Assembly: GCF_964355755.1 (NCBI RefSeq)
Contig: NC_092679.1
Span: 10,771,432 to 10,835,431 of the forward strand
DNA: 64,000 nucleotides
Direction of reading: 5' to 3'
DNA from: Antedon mediterranea
Lineage: Eukaryota > Animalia > Echinodermata
Positions 41,010 through 50,418 of this stretch are shown here, piece after piece. The notes under the pieces are model-generated. The model worked only from the letters and a program-made list of their open reading frames with translations, had not been told where the DNA came from and searched no databases. The first letter of the stretch is position 1, and each line of letters starts with the position of its first letter. The position numbers and the translations under genes were made by a program.

Positions 41010-42358
41010 GCAAATAACTACATGACGCTGTGGTGTGTGTCACACATTGTGGGTTCTTAATTAAACAAATTAATTAACAAACAAAAAAGCACGAATTTGC
41101 GATACTCTGGGTACTGCAAATGAAGCTGTAATTACGTCATAAGACGGGATGTGACGTCACATACACATCAATAACCTCGCTACCAAATACGGCTATATGG
41201 TACCATCTTCGAGACGTCATATTGCTGCATCCGGTTTGAAAATAAAAAATCCGGCTCTATAGCTTTGAGGACATGTGCCTGTAGTATATTCATGCCAAAT
41301 CCCAGCTCAATACTACAACGAATAAGGGAGGAGTAGTACTTTAAAAATCGCACTTTTTACTCAATAGTGTACAGATGGAGGAAGAAGAGGAGGAGAAAAT
41401 GAGTAAGTCCTAGACTCGGGTATCCGGAGTAAAAAAGTTAATTATACTTTCAGGTAAAACATTATTTTTTGGTTAAAAAAAATTGATAAACGTCCAAAAA
41501 ACATAGAAAACCCCATTGAACTAACACAAAAGTGATTGAATCGTGTAGTGTCAATATCAGTTTTTAAATTGTTAACTAATTTAACAATTTTATTTATTTT
41601 ACACTCAAAACAACAACAATTTATACTTTTTAAATTGACATACCAAGTACTTAGTTGTAGACTATATGATTCAATCACTGTTATGTTGGTTCAATGGGGT
41701 TTGCAAGCTTTATCAATTATTTTTAATGAAAGATGGAAAATATTTCAACACACCAAGTCATACACTGCATGATTCAATGACTTTTATGTCAGATAAATAA
41801 GGTTTGCTATGTTTTTTTTTAGGTTTGCAGGGTTTAGCAATACCCTGACATTGCTTGCCATTGAATCACTGCTACTGTAGAGCCTCAAAGAAAGATAGTG
41901 TCCATATTTCCTAATTTGATTAGTAAAATCAATGCTTCAAATCCAGTTAACACTAAAGCCGGTTTTTCATGACAATACTGTACAGCTAAAAATTACTTTC
42001 CCCACATTCCAGCTTCATGGCTACAAGATATATTGTTTTTTTATTGTGATCCTACGAAATGCGATCCTACAAGAGGCATTGTTTCACCACGCGTCTTTGC
42101 AATGTGTTATAAACACCATTGTTACCAGCTAACAATGATTGACAAATACAGCAGTTACGTCAGATATACATTTAGCCTACGCCAAAAGTCAAGCAATCAT
42201 CGTTAAAAACACACTCTACGCCATTGACTTCGTAACATAACAATGCAGTAGCCAAAACAACAGAGTCTCGGCCTATCGTATGAAAGATGTCAAAATGTTG
42301 CTTTTAACGCATTGCAATAAATACACAAACCAGTAGTGGTGTTAGTAGTCTATGAGTG

Positions 42359-42517
42359 CTAGCTTACCTGTATAAACCGACAATGGCCCGTGCTCTCCAG
42401 AGGGAGGGCTTAGATACGAAAGTGAAAAGCTCCTGGAACACCCCTGTATTATAATGGACCCGTCCGCAACCACGCCCTTATGTGGGAACGTGCCAACGTA
42501 CCACCGTCATCATTTTC
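42359..42517. repeat. DIRS 3' ITR core (pairs with 47560-47718)
   Basis: 159-bp inverted repeat with two mismatches counted. Unique extension 42322-42358. Confidence 0.95.
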
Positions 42518-42549
42518 CGCGTACTTGACTGCGGGGACGGCGGGAGGGA

Positions 42550-42644
42550 GTTTATACAGGTAAGCTAGCACTCATAGACTACTAACACCACTACTGGTTT
42601 GTGTAGTCTATATCGTGCCTAGCTTACCTGTATAAACCGACAAT
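42550..42644. repeat. DIRS internal complementary region (ICR)
   Basis: 42550-42605 is the reverse complement of 42322-42377, and 42606-42644 is the reverse complement of 47693-47731. Together they spell the circle junction. Confidence 0.95.
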
Positions 42645-42730
42645 AGCCAGATTAGCACCGGACTAGAACTAGTCGGCGGTGGGAGTAAGTTAACAAAAAG
42701 CAGAGCAAGTGAAGTGTACATACCTATAAC

Positions 42731-45568
42731 CTAGGCTTTAGCACTGCTGCTGGTTGCAAAAATGTCCCTTAAATAATGCGCAGTAAACGTAGACTGTGTC
42801 CGCCACCAAGCCGCTGTCATAATGTCTGATACAGCAACGCCAGCGTACAACGCCCAGGATGTAGCAACACCCCGCACCTCATGCATATGTGCCGGCGGCA
42901 AAGTGCTGGATGACTCATAAGCGGCCCGAATCGCTGCCACGACCCAGTTAGCAATCGTGGATTTTGCGGCCGGCCGATACGGGGGCACCGATGTGACGAA
43001 TAAGTGAGATATACCCTCTCGCAACATCTCTGTGCGGTGGATGTAGAATTTGAGTGCTCTTACCGGGCACCAGAATTTGTCCTCTACTACCCCCGAGAAT
43101 GCGGACATTGATGGAACGAACACAGCCGGCGGCGAAAAATTTAACGTCTGGGACTTGGCCAGAAAGTCCTTCCTGAATATTAACCGAACTCCGCCACGCT
43201 CGAATCTTATATGGCCTGGCTCTAGCGTGAGCGCATGTAGCTCGCCTCGGCGTTTACATGAGGACAACGCCACCAGAAACGCTGTCTTAAGCGAAAGATT
43301 GTATAATGAAGCCTTGCTCATTGGCTCAAATGGCGGGCGAGTGAGTGCGGATAGAACGACGTTAACGTCCCAACGTGGAACTAAGACCTTAGACGGAGGT
43401 CGCTCTCTAAACATACCGCGTAACAACTGCGTGATTACTGCGGAAGTTGAAACCGTTGAGCCATCCTTGAATGGCAGCGTAATGGCCGCAATCGCGGACC
43501 GGTAGCCTGACACCGTGCGCACTTGCAAGCCTGACTCGTACAGGTAATGCAGAAACGCGCAGATCTGACCCAAGGATATCGCCTTAGGGTCTATGTTATC
43601 TTGTCTGCACCAGCGAAAGAAGTGTCGTAGACGGCTGTTGTAAACAGTGAGAGTCGACTCACTTCTAGATTTGGCCGCCAGGGCGGCTGGGCCGTCCGGA
43701 ATGCCCGAGTCTCTGAGCTGATCCCTGACAATGGCCAAACAGTCAGGTTCAGGGATTGTAGATTGATCGTCGAGAACCTCGCACGATTTTGCGTCAGTAG
43801 ATCCGCGCGGACCGGAAGACGCAGCGGGTGATCGTAAAGAAGACTGGCAAGAAGCGGATACCACGCTTGTCGAGGCCAGAACGGTGCGATCAACAGAACT
43901 CGGCATCGGAAGCGCTGAATGTGAGTCAGAACTATTGGTATGACCGATATTGGCGGGAACGCGTACGCCCATAAACCGTCCCATGACATGGACAGGGCAT
44001 CCACCGCCCACGCACGTGCATCCCGGAATCGACTGCAGAACGTCGGGAGCTGCGTGTTCTCTGACGTCGCAAACAGGTCTATGTGCGGCCGTCCGAAGTG
44101 GTCGAATATTTGGGTGGCTATGCTCGGCAACAGACGCCATTCGGTCGGGCGTAAAGCGAGCCGGGACAGCGTGTCCGCGACTACGTTGTGGCTGCCCGGA
44201 ATATGCGATGCAGTCAGCGTTATTCTGTGCGCGATGCACCAGTGTATGAGCGTCCATGTGTGGTAGCAAAGAGTCGGAGACTTTGTGCCTCCTTGTCGGT
44301 TGATGTACGCGACCACGGTTGTGTTGTCCGAGCAGACATGGACGTGTGAATTTTCTATGTTTGGAAGTAGCGCTTTCAACGTTCGGTCTACTGCCCACAG
44401 TTCTAAGAGATTGATGTGGGCTAACGCCTCCTCGGCACTCCAAACGCCGGAGACGTGACTTTGGTTGGAGCAACCGCCCCAACCCGCTTCGGACGCGTCC
44501 GTTTCTATTCGGGTGTCCGGAATTGATCTCTGAATTGATCTGCCCACTAACAATCGGCCGTCCGTTAGCCACCATTGGAGGTGCGTTACAATGAACGCCG
44601 ACATCGGGACCACTTTGTCTAATGAGTCTGAACCTGGCCGGTAGAAGGCTAACAGATGAAGCTGCAGCGGCCGCATCCGTAGCCGACAAAACGGAACTAG
44701 ATCTACAAAGCTGGCTAGGAAACCTAGCGTTCTCAGCCAGTCGTATGCTGTCGGAGCGGAAGCGGTAATCAGGCCTTGTATAGCAGCAAGGGCTTTGGTT
44801 ACTCGTTTCTGTGAGGGGCACACTCTGCCCGACACGAGATCTATTTGCGCTCCGAGATAAATGGGATGCTGAGTCGGCACCAGGCACGACTTCTCCCGGT
44901 TCACAATGAACCCTACGCGTTCCGTTACGAGAAGGACGAAATTGAGACTGCTCACCAGCCGGTCCTTGGACTGAGCCACGATTAACCAGTCGTCTAGATA
45001 CATGAATATGCGAATGCCGTGCTTGTGAAAGAACGCACCGAGCGCCCGAACTATGCGCGTGAACACGCGCGGGGCCGTTGATAGGCCGAACGGCATCGCG
45101 ACGAACTGGTAAAGACAATTGTTGATTCGAAACCGCAACCAACGTTGGTCTTCTTTTGCGATTGGTACGTGAAAGTACGCATCTTTTAAATCTATCGATG
45201 CGGCCCAGTCTCCTCGTCTTAGCCCTAACAGGATCGATGAGACTGTCTCCATCCGAAACCTGCGGGGCCGAATAAATCGTTTGTTCAGACGTTTTAGATT
45301 TAAAATTGGTCGCCAGTCCCCCGAGGACTTCTCGGTTAAGAATACGGTTGATTCGTGGCCCGAGCCCGCATGATGTTCTTCGACCCTTACTACGGCTCCT
45401 TTTTGGAGCAGCGCGGCAATCCCGTCCATAAGCGCTCGTTGCTTTATTGGATCTTTGGGGATTGTGGTCGGACGAGGACCTCCACACACTGGAGGGCTCG
45501 TGAATTCTATGCGGTAGCCGTAGCTTAGTGTGGAGAGAATCCAGCTGTCTACCATCAGCTTCTCCCAC
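42731..45568 (-). CDS. DIRS ORF3: tyrosine recombinase (folded domain in the last ~340 aa; the N-terminal part overlaps ORF2)
   Basis: SAM-like ST..VY..F..WC, then catalytic KRRGELHAL (R), CPVRAL, HEVR (HxxR) and WRTQSTFTAHY (W/Y). True start uncertain. Confidence 0.93.
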   Translation of the reverse strand: MGEADGRQLDSLHTKLRLPHRIHEPSSVWRSSSDHNPQRSNKATSAYGRDCRAAPKRSRSKGRRTSCGLGPRINRILNREVLGGLATNFKSKTSEQTIYSAPQVSDGDSLIDPVRAKTRRLGRIDRFKRCVLSRTNRKRRPTLVAVSNQQLSLPVRRDAVRPINGPARVHAHSSGARCVLSQARHSHIHVSRRLVNRGSVQGPAGEQSQFRPSRNGTRRVHCEPGEVVPGADSASHLSRSANRSRVGQSVPLTETSNQSPCCYTRPDYRFRSDSIRLAENARFPSQLCRSSSVLSATDAAAAASSVSLLPARFRLIRQSGPDVGVHCNAPPMVANGRPIVSGQINSEINSGHPNRNGRVRSGLGRLLQPKSRLRRLECRGGVSPHQSLRTVGSRPNVESATSKHRKFTRPCLLGQHNRGRVHQPTRRHKVSDSLLPHMDAHTLVHRAQNNADCIAYSGQPQRSRGHAVPARFTPDRMASVAEHSHPNIRPLRTAAHRPVCDVREHAAPDVLQSIPGCTCVGGGCPVHVMGRFMGVRVPANIGHTNSSDSHSALPMPSSVDRTVLASTSVVSASCQSSLRSPAASSGPRGSTDAKSCEVLDDQSTIPEPDCLAIVRDQLRDSGIPDGPAALAAKSRSESTLTVYNSRLRHFFRWCRQDNIDPKAISLGQICAFLHYLYESGLQVRTVSGYRSAIAAITLPFKDGSTVSTSAVITQLLRGMFRERPPSKVLVPRWDVNVVLSALTRPPFEPMSKASLYNLSLKTAFLVALSSCKRRGELHALTLEPGHIRFERGGVRLIFRKDFLAKSQTLNFSPPAVFVPSMSAFSGVVEDKFWCPVRALKFYIHRTEMLREGISHLFVTSVPPYRPAAKSTIANWVVAAIRAAYESSSTLPPAHMHEVRGVATSWALYAGVAVSDIMTAAWWRTQSTFTAHYLRDIFATSSSAKA

Positions 45569-46062
45569 TCTCGGACGAACCGTAGGAGACGACCTCCCAC
45601 TGGTCCGGCCCCCGACGGCACGGACCTCGCCTGCACGTCACCGGTACCTACGGTCACCTCGTCGCGAACCGCGGTCCCGACATGCTCCCCTACCCGGCTT
45701 ACCGCCACGCGCGGGGCGGGAATTACGGGGTCGCGACGGCCCAGGAGTCTGCCCAACCTCAGACTGAATATGGACCGACGGCGGCGGTTGTGAGACAATA
45801 CGCGATGGCACCACCGGCAGTGGGGCTGGAGGCTTTGGACGCGAGTGCGAACGGCTCGCCTGGCGTTTCGGAAACCGCGATCTTGTCTCGCGACGTGCCT
45901 CTCGCTCACGAGCCCACTTATCTTCCTTCTCGGCGAAATTACCGTAGAAGAGATCCACAGCACCGAACGACTCGCTAGTTGTGAAGCGGCGGTAGTGCGC
46001 GGGCGCGATGTCCGTGGCCTGGAGGCAATTGACCCTCCGCGCGGCGGCCGAGGTGATTGCAA
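43591..46062 (-). CDS. pol: DIRS ORF2: reverse transcriptase + RNase H + adenine-methyltransferase-like domain
   Basis: GGRL..F..W, WRPILNLK, IDLKDAYFHVPI, MPFGLSTAPRVFT, YLDDWL. RNase H motifs TDASEAGWG, HINLLEL, SDNTT, HIPGSHNVVADTLSR. MT-like IDLFA..YAFPP. True start uncertain. Confidence 0.95.
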   Translation of the reverse strand: MQSPRPPRGGSIASRPRTSRPRTTAASQLASRSVLWISSTVISPRRKISGLVSERHVARQDRGFRNARRAVRTRVQSLQPHCRWCHRVLSHNRRRRSIFSLRLGRLLGRRDPVIPAPRVAVSRVGEHVGTAVRDEVTVGTGDVQARSVPSGAGPVGGRLLRFVREWEKLMVDSWILSTLSYGYRIEFTSPPVCGGPRPTTIPKDPIKQRALMDGIAALLQKGAVVRVEEHHAGSGHESTVFLTEKSSGDWRPILNLKRLNKRFIRPRRFRMETVSSILLGLRRGDWAASIDLKDAYFHVPIAKEDQRWLRFRINNCLYQFVAMPFGLSTAPRVFTRIVRALGAFFHKHGIRIFMYLDDWLIVAQSKDRLVSSLNFVLLVTERVGFIVNREKSCLVPTQHPIYLGAQIDLVSGRVCPSQKRVTKALAAIQGLITASAPTAYDWLRTLGFLASFVDLVPFCRLRMRPLQLHLLAFYRPGSDSLDKVVPMSAFIVTHLQWWLTDGRLLVGRSIQRSIPDTRIETDASEAGWGGCSNQSHVSGVWSAEEALAHINLLELWAVDRTLKALLPNIENSHVHVCSDNTTVVAYINRQGGTKSPTLCYHTWTLIHWCIAHRITLTASHIPGSHNVVADTLSRLALRPTEWRLLPSIATQIFDHFGRPHIDLFATSENTQLPTFCSRFRDARAWAVDALSMSWDGLWAYAFPPISVIPIVLTHIQRFRCRVLLIAPFWPRQAWYPLLASLLYDHPLRLPVRADLLTQNRARFSTINLQSLNLTVWPLSGISSETRAFRTAQPPWRPNLEVSRLSLFTTAVYDTSFAGADKIT

Positions 46063-47164
46063 TAGTCGCTTGTTGGTCCGCGACCAGGCCCGTAATCTGC
46101 TGAAGCAAGCAGATCACGTCCGCGTCAAGGTGCTGTGGATGGTCCGGATCCGCGAGGAATGACAAAAGGTAGCCCGACATCGAGACCGTTCGTAACGTCT
46201 CGCGTGCGCCACGGTCGACCGCGATTAGCGCCTCCTCAGTCTTAGCGGCCGAAGGAGACAGAAATCTGCCATTGGCGTCGAGACCCTGATCCTCGCGCGC
46301 GCGTTCTTTCGCTGCATCCGGGATCGGTGGTGCCGATATATATCGTAGAAACTGATCCTGCGGAAGCGGGAAGGCTGCTGCTAGATCTTGAGGAGCAGCT
46401 CTACGGGTCTTAGGCTCCTTCGCTATAGCCTCAACCCTAGCGACCAGTTCGGGATCCAGCGGCGCAACTGGACAGGTCGTGACCCGCTTCAATGGAGCAC
46501 GCACTCCAAAGGTAGAGTACCTCTTCGAAGCCGGCGCGGGCGTCGGCGCGTCAAAAGCGTACTCCACTCCAATGTACGAAAGTACAGCAGGAACCACACG
46601 ATTGACCAGAGCCTGCAAACCGTCTCCACCCTGTGCAACCTCGGAGCGCTCCTCACTAGGCAGCGAGGTCATGGTCCTATCACTGTCGTACCCACCGGCA
46701 TCCGGCGATGGGTGCGTCCCTTGACCTTGAAAGTACTGCGGAGGCAGTACTGGCACAGGGGGATAATTAAGCGAGGATGCCGAAGGCACAGCCTCCCTCG
46801 GTAGAGCTCGCACCGCTGCTGCGATGGCCTCCAGAACGGCTGGGGACAAACCCTCGTCCTGCGTACCACTCTGCGGTGGAGGCGCAGCGGCCGTTGCAGG
46901 CGCGTCCGGCAAAACTTCCGGCGCTTCGATCTCTTCAACTAGCGGGGCCGGGGGCTCCACCTGAACCTCCGCGGGTGCGGGGTCTACCACCCGCGCACGC
47001 CCAGACGGACGAGGCAACGTCCAGAACCGCGAAGCCGTCCAATGTACACAAATGTCGCACGGCGACTCCTGGCTACAGGTGCGGCAGTGAATGCACAGCA
47101 AGTGGCGGTCCCACTTGACTGTCGCACGCTGGCCCCTGCATTGCACACATTCAGACTTAGGCAT
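45638..47164 (-). CDS. gag: DIRS ORF1, Gag-like, with N-terminal Cys/His zinc finger
   Basis: First ATG at 47164 (frame open from 47185). CVQC..DRHLLCIHCRTCSQESPCDIC cluster and an Arg/Pro-rich C-terminus, positioned 5' of the RT ORF. Confidence 0.85.
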   Translation of the reverse strand: MPKSECVQCRGQRATVKWDRHLLCIHCRTCSQESPCDICVHWTASRFWTLPRPSGRARVVDPAPAEVQVEPPAPLVEEIEAPEVLPDAPATAAAPPPQSGTQDEGLSPAVLEAIAAAVRALPREAVPSASSLNYPPVPVLPPQYFQGQGTHPSPDAGGYDSDRTMTSLPSEERSEVAQGGDGLQALVNRVVPAVLSYIGVEYAFDAPTPAPASKRYSTFGVRAPLKRVTTCPVAPLDPELVARVEAIAKEPKTRRAAPQDLAAAFPLPQDQFLRYISAPPIPDAAKERAREDQGLDANGRFLSPSAAKTEEALIAVDRGARETLRTVSMSGYLLSFLADPDHPQHLDADVICLLQQITGLVADQQATIAITSAAARRVNCLQATDIAPAHYRRFTTSESFGAVDLFYGNFAEKEDKWAREREARRETRSRFPKRQASRSHSRPKPPAPLPVVPSRIVSQPPPSVHIQSEVGQTPGPSRPRNSRPARGGKPGRGACRDRGSRRGDRRYR

Positions 47165-47559
47165 ATCGGCGGACACAGCACGCAACCTAGCAAGATAAGG
47201 AACAATACAACCTTTGTTGTTGCCTCACGCAACAGTGCGTCCACGCCTCAGTCCAGGTGACAAAGCAAAATTCCTTTCCTTTGTGTTTAGTAGCGTGGCC
47301 GTTGAGCGGCCTAAAATCCAATGAAAACTGGTATTTTCCTTGTTTTAATCTTTCTTATTTCTACCCGAAATAAGGAAGACCCCGATTTGAAACGGATCCA
47401 AAGCAAAAAACGATATACAGTATCAAACTATCACAAGCTGTACCGCAACCGGCGTTCTATAAGGTGTTTGTAAGTAGGCTAGTATAGCATGTACAACGTA
47501 CACAAGGCTAACACTCATGTATCTTTTCTCACACGTCGTAACGTTCTCACGTTACGAAA

Positions 47560-47718
47560 GAAAATGATGACGGTGGTACGTTGGCACGTTCCCACATGAG
47601 GGCGTGGTTGCGGATGGGTCCATTATAATACAGGGGTGTTCCAGGAGCTTTTCACTTTCGTATCTAAGCCCTCCCTCTGGAGAGCACGGGCCATTGTCGG
47701 TTTATACAGGTAAGCTAG
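47560..47718. repeat. DIRS 5' ITR core
   Basis: Reverse complement of 42359-42517. Unique extension 47719-47731. Confidence 0.95.
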
Positions 47719-47750
47719 GCACGATATAGACAATATTATACAGTCACCTA

Positions 47751-48667
47751 CAGTACAAAAATAAATTACTGCTATGTATCTACGCGTAACCTTTTGTAGC
47801 CTAAGCGTAGGTAGATCAAAATAACCTACGATGCATTGTTATAATTACCTAATGTACTCGTCAATCGTAGGGTGGTTCGTAGAGTTAATAATCAACTTTA
47901 GAATCATGGATATTGCAAACAAATAATGTATTGTAATTTGTATACTAATTAAAATCTTATCTAAGGCTAGAAGATGTCATTTTTGTAGCCACCCTATTCA
48001 TCAGTTATTCTAATTTTGCCGGACATCTGTTGACGAGACAACATCATGCCCGCATTAGGCCTCAGCTCACGCACTATAAATTAATAACACCAATAAATAT
48101 ACATGGCCTATATTCAGTTATTACTACAACATGTGTCGGCCGTACTGACTTTAAAAAAAACATGCGAGTATTTGAAGTTAAAATAGAGATTATCACTTTT
48201 TATGCCATGTGGCCAAAAAATCTTGGTCTGTATTCATTCTTTTGTCTGCAGTCCTTTTGATCGGCCAACCGACTGATTTAACACCGCTATTTCGTACATC
48301 CAGATAAATTTCGTTTTTACATAATTTAGAGTTGTTCATCTTGCTTTATTTTACTACGTACTACTGTTGAATATTTTGCTGATAATATATCGTATGTTCA
48401 CTTTCAGTTTATAATCGCAATGTTCGTAAAATAGCATTTTAAATTTCGCGTTACCTCACGACATCATAGGTAGCCGTGTGCGGTCGTTCTTAGCCGCCTA
48501 TAGCGTCAACATTTTGCCGATCAATATGACCCATATCTGGCCCATTGAAAGTTGTTTACTGAGGTTACGAAGCCAAACATTGTAACCTACGAAGCTAACA
48601 ACATAGCCTACGTTCTATCTACAAAGCCAGCTCATAGGAATAGTTGCAGTATTTTCTTTCTGTACTA
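47751..48667. mobile_element. Tc1/mariner-like MITE
   Basis: TA|CAGTACAAAAATAAATTACTGC ... GCAGTATTTTCTTTCTGTACTA|TA, an imperfect TIR. Confidence 0.6.
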
Positions 48668-48828
48668 TAACTAAATCACATGTGCGGGCGGTGAATCACA
48701 CTGAATTGGGCTAACTTTTCAGCCAACTGCAGACAAGGTATCAACATTTTTGATTAGATTGATTTGATTTAGTTTTTTAATCACGTCACAATCCTGTTGA
48801 CCGCCAAATTCCACATGCTCCAGTCAAT

Positions 48829-49158
48829 AGATTGATTGAAATATATTTATACTGGGTACCCTCTTCAGTCAAAGACTGGTCTCCTAGAAGGCCCAGTTAT
48901 GATCAGTGGCTGTGATGTACTAATACACCGGGGTAACCCCCTACACGTCTCGAAAGATGTACTAGGTTCTTTAAAGTTCACTGGACCTACCTACCTATAC
49001 GGTTTATAGTCCTTATCCGAAAAGACGCGTTCTACCACCAGAACCATGGAGTGAGTGAGCCTCGAACCCCTGCCGATGTTATGGCTACATAATTACGGTT
49101 CCACTGTCGGCCACTCACTCACTTCCACTGTCTTAACAGCTCGACCACTCACTCACTA
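48829..49158 (-). mobile_element. tRNA-derived SINE with a Meta-domain-like core
   Basis: On the minus strand: B box GGTTCGAGG, core GTCTTTTCGGATAAGGACTATAAACCG..TTAAAGAACC..TTTCG..GTAGGGG, a LINE-like tail, and a (TCAA)n end. Confidence 0.75.
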
Positions 49159-49448
49159 CTATTCAATGTACTAACTTTACGCAGTTGATCATGGGTTATT
49201 GGACATATATTCAATGAATGTACAGTATTTCGATTAGCAGAGTTGGCCGATTGTCGTTCGTATACTGTACTATAGGGCCATATTTAAAAATTCACTTTTT
49301 ACGCAATATTATTATTATATTGTAATATTTTAACATGGAAGGAATAAGGCCCTGTTTCTGCTGCCAACTAAATACCGTATATTATATATATTATACCATA
49401 TTTTGTATACCGTATTTTCCCCACAAAATTTGTGGATAAAATACGGTA

Positions 49449-50418
49449 CCGTATTTTCCGGAGTATAGGTCGACCCCAAGTATAAGTCGACCCCCAACTT
49501 TGACCTAGAATATCGTTGATTTTGGTATGACCTGAATATAAGTCGACCCCCAAAATCGGCTAATAACACAACTTACTTTAAAGTTCAAAGAAGGCTAGAA
49601 CTGTATGAAATGTGGTTGTTTGTTTATTACAATTATTAAAGTGTAGGCCTAATCAATATCGGACGGACGTAATAACTCACAACGGCTTCGCCGCCGGCTT
49701 CGCCGCCGTCTTCGTCGCCGTCTTCGCCAGCCTATAATAAATGACAGCGATGTAGCGTTACAGTACTTGCCACCATCAGCGATGTTTTTTCGCGTCACTC
49801 GAATAAATTAAAACGAGTTTTTCGTTAGGAGGCTTATTAAATTGTACAGGCGAGTAGTTGTAAATCGCGTTATCTGTAAGTACACGCGCCGGACTGAGGA
49901 GAATTTATTTTATGAATAGACATGCGCAGTAATTGTAATTACGAACAAACAAACAAACTGCGCATGTGTATAGATGAAAATATCGCGCAATAACAAACAT
50001 GCTGCATGGACATTCCAACATCGTGTAGTTCGTTTGTGGTGTGTGTTACGATGTTTTCGCGAGTGAATACGAAGCATATGAAACACAAACGAAAACTATT
50101 TATTCTTAATTATTTTAATAAAAGCGTATTAAATATAAACATCAAAATTAATCTTTGTTATATATTAATAGTACTTGTACCAGTACTTGTTGGAGTTGTA
50201 TTATTTTGTACAATGTAGGTATTATTAAATTGAAAACTCCTGTGAGTGATTGATGATAGGCCACTGACCTTGCTAGGCCTTGACAGCTGACGGCTTTTGA
50301 ACGAATTTTTTCGGCTTGATTTTTTTCAAAAATCGCATGGTCGGAGTATAAGTCGACACCCCGATTTTGCAATTAAAATTTTCCCACAAAGTCTCGACCT
50401 ATACTCCGGAAAATACGG
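49449..50418. mobile_element. pogo/Tigger-like MITE, copy B (970 bp), nested in the Harbinger element
   Basis: 25-bp TIR CCGTATTTTCCGGAGTATAGGTCGA with TA TSD. Confidence 0.92.

Larger units (their letters stand above)
38571..41433 (-). mobile_element. Tandem array of three Helentron/HINE-like modules (38571-38906, 39357-39710, 41086-41433) separated by tRNA-Val-like spacers
   Basis: Each module has subterminal inverted repeats ACTCGGGGTAC/GTACCCCGAGT, a terminal GCAC-GAAT-GTGC hairpin next to AACAAG, and a (GAA)n tract. Confidence 0.75.
42322..47731 (-). mobile_element. Full-length DIRS1-type tyrosine-recombinase retrotransposon (5410 bp)
   Basis: GC-rich island with three uninterrupted overlapping ORFs, inverted terminal repeats with unequal extensions, an ICR complementary to both termini, and no TSD. 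Confidence 0.97.

Noticed and set aside
43050-47260. Numerous plus-strand ORFs within the DIRS element
   Set aside because: Antisense shadows of GC-rich coding sequence with no recognisable motifs.
42322-47731. Bacterial or phage contamination (GC-rich island with integrase and methylase-like domain)
   Set aside because: The ITR/ICR structure and RT-RNaseH-MT-YR order are diagnostic of eukaryotic DIRS1, and junctions with AT-rich intron sequence are clean.
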